A stretch of 39,633 nucleotides of DNA, from assembly GCA_048213135.1 (NCBI GenBank), contig PS015713.1, positions 12,334-51,966 on the forward strand, read 5' to 3'. A program made the translations under genes and the position numbers. The notes beneath the pieces were generated by a model, which was not told the DNA's origin, made no database searches, and saw only the letters and a program-made list of their open reading frames with translations. Within the stretch, counting starts at the first letter, position 1; the number at the start of each line of letters is the position of its first letter. This document shows positions 22,831 through 33,588 of the stretch, piece by piece. The stretch is from Reclinomonas americana ATCC 50394 (lineage: Eukaryota).

Positions 22831-23169
22831 CAGAACAGGGAGAAGAAGCACATGGAGAGAGAAGAAGAGAAGAAGGAAAAGGAGAGGAGAAGAAGGACTG
22901 GAAGGCAAACAATTCGAGGACGAGCAAGCAGAGTTGGAGGGGCAAGCAGACATGGACGGAAGGGAGAAGGACGCCTGTGGAGGAGAACAACAAGGAAACA
23001 TCTTGACCGACGAGGAGGATGGAGGAGCAGGAGGAAGAGGGTGAGCAACAAGCAGAGAGGAAGGGAGCAAAAACAAAGGAGAACACAAGCATGAATCATG
23101 CAGAACTTGTCTCAAACAAGCGAGTGCCTGCTTCTCTCTGTGTGCATGAGTGCGTCTCTCTTGCTTCTC

Positions 23170-23448
23170 TCTTCCTCCATATCTCCCTTCGCAATCGCTG
23201 CGACCGAGGGGCTTCTCTTCACGACGAGTCTTTGCCTTCTTCCACCTCCGCCCTCTTCCTCCTCTTCCTCCTCCCCATCAACCACACACGGTAATTGTCT
23301 CTGCACTGCTCGCTTCTGCTGACGCAGAGGAACAGAAGGAGCAGAAGGAGAACGAGAAAAGAACAAAGAAGGCAACACGAAGAGGAAGACAGCAATGCAG
23401 CTTCTGCAAGCGCTTTGCCTCTGACTCCTTCTCCTGTGGGTCTCCTTC

Positions 23449-23491
<43 letters not shown>

Positions 23492-23615
23492 CCTCTCCAT
23501 CCAGCATCTCGCGCAAGCTGTGGCACAAAAAGGGGAAAAGGGGATGTACAATGCAGTTGCTCACTGTCTCCTTGCTCTGTCTCTCACTCTCTCGCGCTCT
23601 CTCTCTCTCTCTTGC

Positions 23616-23647
<32 letters not shown>

Positions 23648-23877
23648 GCTCCGCCGCGCGTCGAACGAAACGAACGAACGAACGAAACGAACGAACGTAA
23701 CGACGACGTACGACGTACGTACGTACGTACGTACGTACTACNNNNNNNNNNNNNNNNNNNNTAAGGAAGAAGAACGTACGTCGTCGTTACGGTACCGAAC
23801 GGAAAGGGAAGGTAGTACGTACTACGTACGACGTAGTCGTCTCTACTCTCCTTCTCTCTCTCTCTCTCTCTCTCTCG

Positions 23878-23924
<47 letters not shown>

Positions 23925-24245
23925 CAAGCATCCCGCGCAGGCTGTGGCACAAAAAGGGAAAAAAGAAGAAGAAAAGCAGCTGCTCAGTCTCCTTGCTCTG
24001 TCTCTCTCTCTCTCTCTCTCTCACACTCACTCACTCACTCACTCACTCACTCACGCCCTCTATATCACATCTCCCGCGCAATCTCCACCCAAGGGGTTTC
24101 CCATGATTGTCACGCAACTTCTCTTCACCGCCTTCTTCTTCTTCTTCTTCATCTCCTGCTTCCCGCCTTCTTCCTCCTCTTGCTCATCCTCCTCCCCATC
24201 AACCACACACGGCAATTGTCTCTGCACTGCTCGCTTCTGCTGTTG
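23170..24245. repeat. Local duplicated segments on both sides of a 20-N gap (23742-23761)
   Basis: ctccccatcaaccacacacgg(t/c)aattgtctctgcactgctcgcttctgct at ~23271 and ~24192; agcatc(t/c)cgcgca..ctgtggcacaaaaaggg at ~23503 and ~23927. Confidence 0.8.
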
Positions 24246-24416
24246 CGGAGGAGGCAGTGAACAAGTCACATTGTCGTCTTTGTCGTCGTCATCACTGACA
24301 ATCGTTGGTGTGTGTGCGTTGGTGGAGGAGGATGGTTGAGGGCGGAGGAAGAAGGAGGATAGTCGGGATTGGCGACGGTGAGCGCTCATGTGGTGCAGTT
24401 CTTTTGTGGTTGTTTG

Positions 24417-24860
24417 GCACACCTCGTGCACCGCCTACACCCTCCTGTGCTGTCGGTCGACTGCAAACGTACATGACAACGCACTGATCTAACCACCAAG
24501 CCCATGCCGTCTCGACGTTCTTCTCTTCTGTGGCGTTGTATGGCAAGCCATTGCAACTGTGAATGCTCGCACACCTCGTGCACCGCCTGCATATCTACCA
24601 ATTGCAAGCCCATGCATATGGCCATGCCGAAGCGCCCAACGCGGTTGGCAACCCGAAGTTCTTCGTTATTCTGTGGCGTTGTGTGTCAAACCATCGAACA
24701 CTGCTCGCACACCTCGTGCACCGCCTGCACTCCTGTGCTGTCGGTCGATAGCAAACATGCGATGACAATGCACAGACGTAACTACCAAGCCCATGCCGTC
24801 TCGACGTTCATCGTTCTGTTGGTGAACTGCTCGCACCCCCGGTGCACCCTCCTGTGCCCA
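24417..24860 (+). repeat. Degenerate tandem repeat, 3 units plus a partial one (126-152 bp)
   Basis: Anchor gcacacctcgtgcaccgcct at 24417, 24569 and 24707, degenerate at 24833; units 1 and 3 share accaagcccatgccgtctcgacgttc. Confidence 0.85.
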
Positions 24861-24942
24861 TTGCGTCACAATGTCTGCATGCGACCGCAAACATGGCTTC
24901 ACTAGCCAAGCAACTCAGACACCAATCTTTCTCCTCCCCTCT

Positions 24943-27900
24943 TCACTGCAACTCCATTGTGAATCCACCCAGCTTCTCTCGCAAATCACCCATCACCGCT
25001 CGAGCAGTCGCCGCCGTCGGTCGTCCGTCTTCATCGTACAGCGACATGCATCTGCTGCAGAGATGAGACGCAATCCGCAATATCACAGACTCCGTTTGCT
25101 ACTCTCACACGCAACTGCACTCCCAGTCGCAGCATTCCGCGTGCCACATCTGCTGGCCACTCACCCGCCGTGGCATCGCTCTTCTTCACCGCATCCACGG
25201 CATCGAGCGCGCGCTCCCACCGCGGCGCACGATCCACCAGCACATGCGCATCGCACCCCGTCAGCAGTTGCAGCAGAATCAACCCCACGGCGTGCATGTC
25301 CATCGACTTGCGGATATTGCCGGAGCGCAAGAAGAGCGGATCAATGTAATGTGGGGTGCCAGCATGAGAAGATGTGCGTCGGTGGGTCTGTAGCACAAGA
25401 AGGCAAGAGAGACGACGGTGAGACGCAATAATCTCGTGAGAAGCAGTAAGCGTTTCTCCCGCATTGCCGCTCACCTCCCCGGCATCAAAGATGCGCGCAA
25501 TACCGAAATCCGCGAGACGCGGCTCGCATCGATGGTCGAGGAGAATGTTGGAGGGTTTGAGATCGCGGTGAATAATGTCGTTCTAAAATCAAGCAGCAGG
25601 AGGTGAGAAGGGATGACGAATGTGAATGAATGATGGCTATCTCAATGAAGAGAAGCAAGAGCAGGAGAGAAAGACGAGAACGATTGGCAAGGAACGAAGA
25701 GTTCAACAGAATGTCATGCTCGGTGGGAGGATGCGCAAGCAACCCACTGGCGAGAATGCAACAGTGATGCGAGAATGGTCATGAAGTGAATCGCACCCCG
25801 CACAACTCGAGAATGGGAGTGATAAGTCCAGGGTGATCAAAACAATTCAGAGGAGAAAGAATAGCCTCCCAAGAAGACAGGACGGAAGAAGAGCCACGAT
25901 GCGGTGATCAAACCAATCAACAACACCACAGAGGAGACAGATAGTCTCCGAAGAAGACACAACAGAAAAGAAGTGCCACGCTCACCTGATGCAAAAAGCA
26001 CACGCCCTCGACAATGCCGAGGCCAATCTGCACACGTTCAAGCACCGTCAACGGCAACATGCCGTCTGCGCGCTTCAGCAATCGCACTTCCAGATCGTGA
26101 CCACTGTGACAGGAGAGCACAGAGAGACGAATGAGAGTCAGAGTGACCTGATCAGACAAGCGTTGTCATTCTATGATGCTCATTCTCACTTCTTGCGTCC
26201 TCTCATCAAATGCACCGCTAGCCCACTCCACACGCAAGTCTCACCCTCGTCAACACCGACCTGCTCGTTTCCCTTCCTCCGATCGCCTTCCTTTCTTTCC
26301 GCTAAGCCTGTCACTCTCTCTCTCCCACACACACACAATCGCACTTCCAATCAGCTCGTTTCCGATCGCCTACTTCACTTTCCGCTCAGCCTGTCACTCT
26401 CTCTCTCTCTCTCCCACACACACAATCCGCACTTCTAATCAATCCGTTTCCCCCTCCTCTGATCGCCTTCTTCTCTTTCCGCTCAGCCTGCCTCTCTCCT
26501 TCTCTCTCTCTCTCTCTCAGGCAAATCTCCAGCCACACAGTCTTCCATTCGGGCTTTGCCCTCCCGAGTCCTCACAAGCACCATCGCCTCGCCTTCACGG
26601 TTTTTCGTGCACTTCTCTCACACCTCACGATCTTCCATTTCAGTCTCAGTCTCACTCTTTCCCTCGTTAACATCCACTCACCGCATGGCTCGATACACCA
26701 GGCAACGCTCCCACACGATATTGTCATCGTCCACAAGCGTTGAGTATCCGAGCAGTGGAACAAGTCGACGGTGGCGTAGTTGACCAATGGTGTTCAACTG
26801 GGAGCGTGTGAGAACCGAGAGAGACTCTTGCTTTTCTCCCTTCTCCATCATCCCTCACCTCCGCATCATACGACTCCACCGCCCACGGTGCACTGCTGTC
26901 CAGTCGTTTGATCGCCACATCTTCGTCGATGAGATAGCAGAGATACACCTCACCCTGACCACCCTCGCCGGCCTTCAGTCTCGACGAGAAGTACTCGGTG
27001 GCGGTCACCACGTCGCTCCAGGCGTACTCACGAAGGCGATTGGGCATGGAGGCTGCATTCATGTCGGTAAAATGAGTGTGCGATAGAACGTGTGTGCAGG
27101 GGAAATGGTCGTGGATCGCGCTCACCATGGCGAGATTCGAGCTCACGAGCGAGAACGGCAGATCGCTGACGCTCGGCGGCAAGTAACTGCTCCAACTCCT
27201 CACGTGCACGGGCGTGTTGCTCCAGATCGCACTGCAGCTGTGCGACTCGATGCTGCGCTTCCGCATGAGCTCCTTGCCATTGTGAAACGACCAGTTGCAG
27301 CTGGGCATTAACTTGCTGCCACTCCGCATTGTCCTGCTGCAGCACAGCATTCTTCTGCTGTCCCTCAGCATTGTCGTGCTGCAGCTCCAAGTTCGCTCGT
27401 CGTAGTTGTGCGATCTCTTGCTGAGTCTCAGCAGTGACTCGCTGCAGTAAGCCATCCTTCTGTTGCTCTTCGATCTTGCGTTGTTCCACGTCCGTGACAG
27501 CACGGTGCAGTTGAGCCACAATGTCTTCGTGCTCACGTCGCTGTCGGTCCCACTTCCGCTGCTGCTGCTCTCGCTCCTGCTGCGCTGCGGCGAGATCGCA
27601 CTGCAGTTGGGCAATTTGAGTGTCCTTGCCGACGAGCTGCAGCTGGCGTGCCCCAGCGCCGAGTTCGTCAATTGTCTACACAGATGCAGAACACGCGTGT
27701 GGGAGTCATTGGTTGCACGCATGTAGAGATGCAAGAATACCACAATCGATATGACACTGCTTCTCACCTGTACCTGGGATACTGTCACTGCATGGTTTCA
27801 AGGCGACAAACAAAGGATACACACATGGGAATGTGTGTGGGGAGAACACAATCAACAGACAACAATGAGTTCAAACCTTGTGCTGATCGGCGGGGAGAAC

Positions 27901-28556
27901 GAATTCGAAGTAGTTGAATTCGGCGTGCTTCTGCTTCTTGATCCAACGCCAGGCCGTCGAGCAAATCGGCCACTTCGTCCTTCTTGTTTTCGCGTGCCAA
28001 CAGAGCCGCCGTCTTTCTCTTCTTCGCTTCCATTGGAATGAGTTCTGGGAAGCGAGTGGCAAGAAGATGGACTATAGCTTTGTGGCCTTTCTCGGCAGCC
28101 AAATGCAGCGCAGATGACCGGTCATCATTGGTGACACACACCATCTCCGGCGGACACCGTCGCTCATCGGCCAGCAACCACTCCACCACTCGCAGGTGCC
28201 CATTGAAGGCCGCCGTCATGAGTGGCGTCCAGCGAGTCTTGGTGCTAATCTGTGCGAGCTGCGGCCCAACGCCACTCTCCTCCCACAAGAACTCCAACAC
28301 AGAGAGATGGCGATTCGCAGCAGCGTTGTAAAACGCCGAACAGCCAAACTCATCCATCTCCCCCTCCTGCAGCAGGGTCTCTGCACCCTCGCGTGCCACC
28401 AAAGCACGCAGTGCCTCCACGTCGCCGAGTTGCGCCAGCTCCCATGCTTTCTTCCGCAGCTGCTGACTGCCACTCCGAGCACAATTGTGAGGGAGCAAGT
28501 GAGGAGAAGAGACGAGAAAGTGAGACAACACACACATACACACACACACACCTCAT
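24943..28556 (-). CDS. Ankyrin - coiled coil - IRAK/Pelle/RLK-like protein kinase, paralogue C
   Basis: Exons 28556-28552 (ATGAG), 28466-27877, 27787-27768, 27675-27126, 27052-26859, 26797-26682, 26103-25986, 25582-25475, 25387-25116, ~25051-24943, all phase-compatible. Motifs [84 protein letters not shown]. Confidence 0.9.
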
Positions 28557-28849
28557 GATCGCCGCAACGGCCTCTCTCCTTGTGTGTGCTTGTGTATCTG
28601 TGGGAACACGGCAGACTCGCAATTCAACGCGGGCGCAACAACTTCAGCAAAATCGAACACAACTGCAGGACATCGACGCTCGCTGGCGAAGAAGAGAGAC
28701 GCGCACGCAAACTCCCGACAATCATCTCGCCTGTGTGTGTGAATGCATATATGTGTGTGTTCCAATCACAACTCCGTCGACAGTCATGACAACTCTCAAC
28801 TCAATCTGTCGCAGCTGAGTGAGAGAGGCTCACGAACACGTGTGCGAGT

Positions 28850-29095
28850 GCATGTGTGTCTTTGTCTGTGCGCTCTCTCTCTCTCTCTCTCTCTCTCCCT
28901 CCCTCCATGTACTGTTTGCGACGTCGGAAAAATGGAGAGATGCATCTTGATCAACAGCAAGACAACATGCAGAAGAAAGAACATGTGGATATAGGATTCT
29001 ATGTCACTCTCTCGCACACACACGCAGACACAGTGTGTGAGAGAAAGAGAGACTAAGAGAAAACTCGCATGCTTTCTGTGATCAACAGCAGACAC
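28850..29095 (+). repeat. Dispersed intergenic element; left direct repeat flanking the NTPase gene
   Basis: gtttgcgacgtcggaaaa(a)tggagag.tgcatc.tgatcaaca...cacacaca.gcagaca...ctcgcatg.tttctgtgatcaa, shared with 33075-33290. Confidence 0.8.
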
Positions 29096-29596
29096 TGTCA
29101 TGCTTCTCTCTCTCTCTCTCTCTCTCCCTTTGCTTCAGTCATACTCTCCGCATTGATGATGACGATGATAGAAAAGACTGATTCAAACAAGAAAAAAAGG
29201 TGAGTGACTATGGCACTTGAAGTCAACAGACGAGCATTCAGAGAAAAGGAAGAGGTGGAGGAAGAAAGAATGTTTGGGAGAATGGGGGAATAAGTGCATC
29301 TCTTCTCTCTCCACGCAACTGTTGCGCACTCGGAAGCATTCACTATCTACCGCCTGCATGTCCGCCCAGGTCGGGCATGTGGGCGTTCCCATCTCGCCTC
29401 CCTGAGAACTTTGTCCTCTCCGGTCCCACCAGTCTACACACTATACACCTTGCGCCAATGATGGTCGGTGGTTGGTGTGCTCTTGTGCGTCACCGCCACC
29501 TCTCTCTTTCTCTTGTGAAGAAGAGCCATTTCTCCACATCAGCAGGAGGTGTGAAGCAGAAGTCATGCCCCGCTTGTCTTTGTTTGCTACTTTTCA

Positions 29597-29639
<43 letters not shown>

Positions 29640-29648
29640 ACGTCGTAG

Positions 29649-32600
29649 CGCCTCCGGAGCAACAGTTGCACCGTAAATTCTCTGGTGAGTGTGTATGGTG
29701 ACACTGGAGAACACTCGCTCACACACCCCCCATACACGGAGAGGTGTTAGATGAGGCAGTGATAGCATGAGGAGAGAGGTGACGCATAAGGAGGCTGTTG
29801 TTCACACGATGACCTCTCTCTCTCTCTGCTCCTCCCGCTCATTCTGCGTCTCTTCATGGCCATCCTCCTCCTTCTTCTCCTCTCTCTGTTCACTTGCTCG
29901 CTCGCTCTCTCGGTCGATCGCAATCCCTTTCTCCTCTTATTTGTAACTCAACACAACTCCAGGTCTCTCGCGCACTCTCTGTCTTCGTCTTTTGCCCTCG
30001 CTCACAATCTCTCGCCTCTGGCTGCCCGCCCCTCGCTCTCACTTCGTAATCTCTCTCTCTCTCTCTCTCCCTCCCCCTCGTTGTGCGCACACAGAATGGC
30101 TGACGCAGTATCGCGCGGAGCACAAGACTGCCGCACTCGCGCTTGACGCCGTCGCTGCCAATGTGCTTGTGTGGGCGGGCCGAGGAGGCAGTGTGCCCAT
30201 TGCCGAGCTGGCCGCCGGAGCGCCAATGGCCAGCAAGAGTATCGAGATGGCTCAGGGCAGTGCTGTCACTCTCACACTGCCCACTGTCGTGTCGGACCCG
30301 ACGCTGCTCGACTTTCGTCTGTTTGCTGGCGATCGCGGCGACCCGCTTGCTACATCGCCTGCCGCGACAGCGGTGCTTGAGAACGCACGTGATGGGCGAA
30401 TGGCTGCGCTCATCTCTGTGAGCGGTGCCGGCAAAACCAAGTGTATATTTGACGTGCTGCGCCGCCGCTACGGTGTGTTTCTGGACATGAGCGGTGGGCG
30501 GCTGGGCAAGGCGGATGGCGGCGTTCAGGTGACTCTCGCGGCGATGCGTAAACTGGGCGGCAAGATTGCCGACAGTGATCGTCTGGGAGATGCATGGATG
30601 GACGAGTTCGCGCTCCTTCTTTCGGCTCGTCTGGCCACGATGCTGGTGCTACATGGCGCCGGTCTGCTGAAGTCACCCGAGCACTGGCTCCTGCTGCAGT
30701 TGCATGGTACCGTGGTGGACGAAGGCTTCACGGGCGAGTTGGTTTTCGCACTGCGCTCGCTTGATGGACTTGTACCGTCTGCCCTATGCACGGGATTGTG
30801 CCGATTGACACGTGCAACGTTGACTGCCGACGAGTATCCCATTGTGGCTGTTGATGAGGCTGGTGTCCTTCTCCGTGTGCTGGAGAATCGCTTCTTGGAA
30901 AAGAATGTTTTGTTTCTATTATCCTCTTCATTCTTCGCTTGCTCCCTTCACTCGCTCACCGTTCTCCCTCAACGCACAGCGCGGAAGCAACCACAGTGCG
31001 CTTAGCGTCGTGGCGCGCTACCTGTTCAGCCTCAACGACGCCGGCAGCGTTGTGGGTGGCACATCCTTGTCGCTGCGCGATGCCGCTCTGCTCGAATCGG
31101 CCACGGCGGGCAAACCGGAACGCCTACATCGACTCGGCCATTTGCTGCGCCCATGGCTCACTGATGACATCAAGGCGGTGCTGCAACGGTGCGGCATCAC
31201 CGACTGCACCGGTGCTGATGCCGCGTCGATGCAAGGTGAGCAAGGGATTGTGCGATTTTCTCTCATTGTTGTTGTGTTCTTTCTCCCCCTCTGACATTCT
31301 CGCAGGCCGCGCGCGCCTCACGATGCGCTACCTGCAACTCCGGTGGGATGGCAAGTCGTCTGCGGGTGCAGTTCAGGAGGTCCTCACGGAGGATGCCAAG
31401 ACCGGGAGCCCGGGCAGCCTGGCGCACCAGCTTGTGTCTGCGTCACGCTTGCCTGAGCGTACATTGCTGTTGGAGGTAATGCGTTCTTCTCGTCCCCACG
31501 TCCGCGGCTGGTTCCGCATCGTTCGTCTTCTTTTGTCTCATACTCGTGATTTCTGGTGCACAGCTCGCTCGTGAACTCTATGTGGCCGAGTACTTCGATT
31601 TTGGTGCCGTTCTCGACGATTGCCCTATGCCGTTGTCCTTCATTGATGCCTTGGAGCGTGGTCTCTGCTTTGTGCTATCACCCGAGGGTACCAGGCTGGT
31701 GTCGGTGGCCAACACGCGGTCGGCATATCCGAACAGCGAGTGGAATGGCAGCGTGTTGTACTCCTGCGAGGTGCGGCAGAATTCATGGGCATTGTATCTG
31801 TCGTTTTCGACTTCTGATGCGCTTCTCTTTGCCTGACTTCTCAGCCATTCGTGTTGGACGTCGTCCGTTGTGAGCTGCGAGACGCTGCCGCCACGGTGGT
31901 GGCCAGTCTCCGGCAGCCTATACAACCGCAGATTGATTTCGCGCTAGTGTCGTTTGTAGCCGTGTGTCTGTGTGAGGGTGACAAGCATCCAGATACATGC
32001 GGCGTCACAGCTGCTCTCGCGCGCAACTTCTTGCAGCCGTTGCGTGAAGTGTTTAACATTTGTATTTCTCTCTCTCGGAGAAGCAGAGAGCCTCATTTGT
32101 CTTTCCTCCCTACGCCGTTAGGTCTGCTGACGATGCCACTTGCGACAACGAGGAGTCATCATCGCCGACGCAGATGATGCACAGCATCCTGTCGAGTCCG
32201 ATGATGAAGTTGCGTCGACCTGTAATCTGGGATTTGCGCGAGTCGAGAACACTCGCCTATCGAGTGGCGGTGGCGCATGCAGTGCTGGACGACGTGTATG
32301 GCGTGGGCCGTGGCGACCGGGATGCCATTCCGCCGGCCACTGGCGCCACTCCCATTGCCTTTGTACACCGCTGCTTGGAATTGGCGCGAGCGCAGGAGAA
32401 GGACGGAGGTGAGACATCGGAGCGCGTATGGCAGCGCAAGCCGTTTGCTGCTCTCCTCCCGACTGGAGGGCGCAGGAGTGGCCCCAACATTGTCGCCTGT
32501 GTGCCGCTGGCCTCCGATCCCACCAAGTTTGTGCTGCTGCTCGTGGCCTTCAAGACCAAGGGCGGCGGTGAATCAGTGAGCAAGAAGAAGGCTGTTGCGT

Positions 32601-32976
32601 GCGTGCAGGCCACGGATCCGCGACTCAACCGCGTAGCAAAGCAACTCGTCGAGGCTTTGAAGTCGGAGGGTGCACTTGCGGCGCTGGTGCGGGTGCATTT
32701 TGCGTTACCAGAGGTGAAGGTGGCCGTGGGCAAGAAGACGGCGGTGAGGCGGACGGGAAGAGGAGGGTGGAGGAGTAAGCGCTTCGTATTCACTCCACTA
32801 TCATTACACAGGTAACGACCAATGTGGCTCCTGGCGCATGGCCGGTGCGATGGGTGGAGGAGGAGGACACAGTGGAGGGCACAGTGCCCGAACTCGTCGT
32901 CAACGTGGATGGCAGCAACGTGGACAAGCTGGGTGTATTTACGTCGGATGCGCTGTACATGCTGCGCACAATGTAG
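29649..32976 (+). CDS. Crinkler/RHS-type P-loop NTPase with a C-terminal restriction-endonuclease-like domain; 5' exons uncertain (may extend to ~29155)
   Basis: Exons 29649-29684, 30095-30906, 30980-31235, 31306-31475, 31564-31770, 31845-~32038, ~32122-32743, 32812-32976. Walker A VSGAGKT (30418-30438), Walker B IVAVDEA, GTSLSL, G|RARLT, E|PFVL, then GPNIV...LLLVAFK and LVVNVDGSN. The family call rests on remembered motif order. Confidence 0.7.
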
Positions 32977-33074
32977 GAGAGGAAGAGTGACAGCCGGTGA
33001 CGGATCACACAGCGGCAGTGTATATCCGATCAGTTGCCGAACATCCTTGAGTCGCAGAGTGAGAGAGGCGCACT

Positions 33075-33400
33075 GCTTGTGCGTCTCTGTCTGTGCCCTC
33101 TCTCTCTGCGCACAGTTTGCGACGTCGGAAAATGGAGAGTTGCATCATGATCAACACGCAGAAGAGGGAACAAGTCGATGAAGGGCACTGTGCCACACTA
33201 TTTCACACACACATGCAGACAGACTGAGAGAGTGACAAAGAGATTAAGGGACAACTCGCAGGTTTTCTCGCATGTTTTCTGTGATCAATAATTCTCTCTC
33301 TCTCTCTCTCTCTCTCTGTGTCACTGTCTGCAACGACGAGATATGGATTTGTCAAGAGCAAGATCTTTCTCGGAAGATGGAACTCATGCATATGCGCAAG
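33075..33400 (+). repeat. Dispersed intergenic element; right direct repeat (33075-33290) plus a second partial copy (~33320-33400)
   Basis: Matches 28850-29095; the second copy resembles the reverse complement of 9820-9900. Confidence 0.75.
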
Positions 33401-33588
33401 GTACTGTGTTGCACACAAGCAATCACACACAGCGTGTGTGCGACACCTCTTTCGCCTTCGATTAGTGGCCATCCGTCACGCCTCCTGTGCCATCGGCCGC
33501 GCATTCCGAAGGCAACCAACGATTCAGCGATGCGCTGTGTCGATCCCTTTCCAACAACGACACATAAACGCTCTTTCTCCTCCCCTCT

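Noticed and set aside
22423-23115. Poly-Lys, poly-Cys and poly-Phe ORFs
   Set aside because: Products of AAC/AAG microsatellites in a probable intron.
23660-23845. gtac/acgt/cgaa-rich palindromic sequence at gap edges (also near 1744, 15404 and the window end)
   Set aside because: Always next to gaps or microsatellites, typical of low-quality read-end artefacts; not treated as a real element.
24417-24860. Repeat-spacer pattern resembling a CRISPR array
   Set aside because: Eukaryotic context, no cas genes, and spacers are over 100 bp and homologous to one another.
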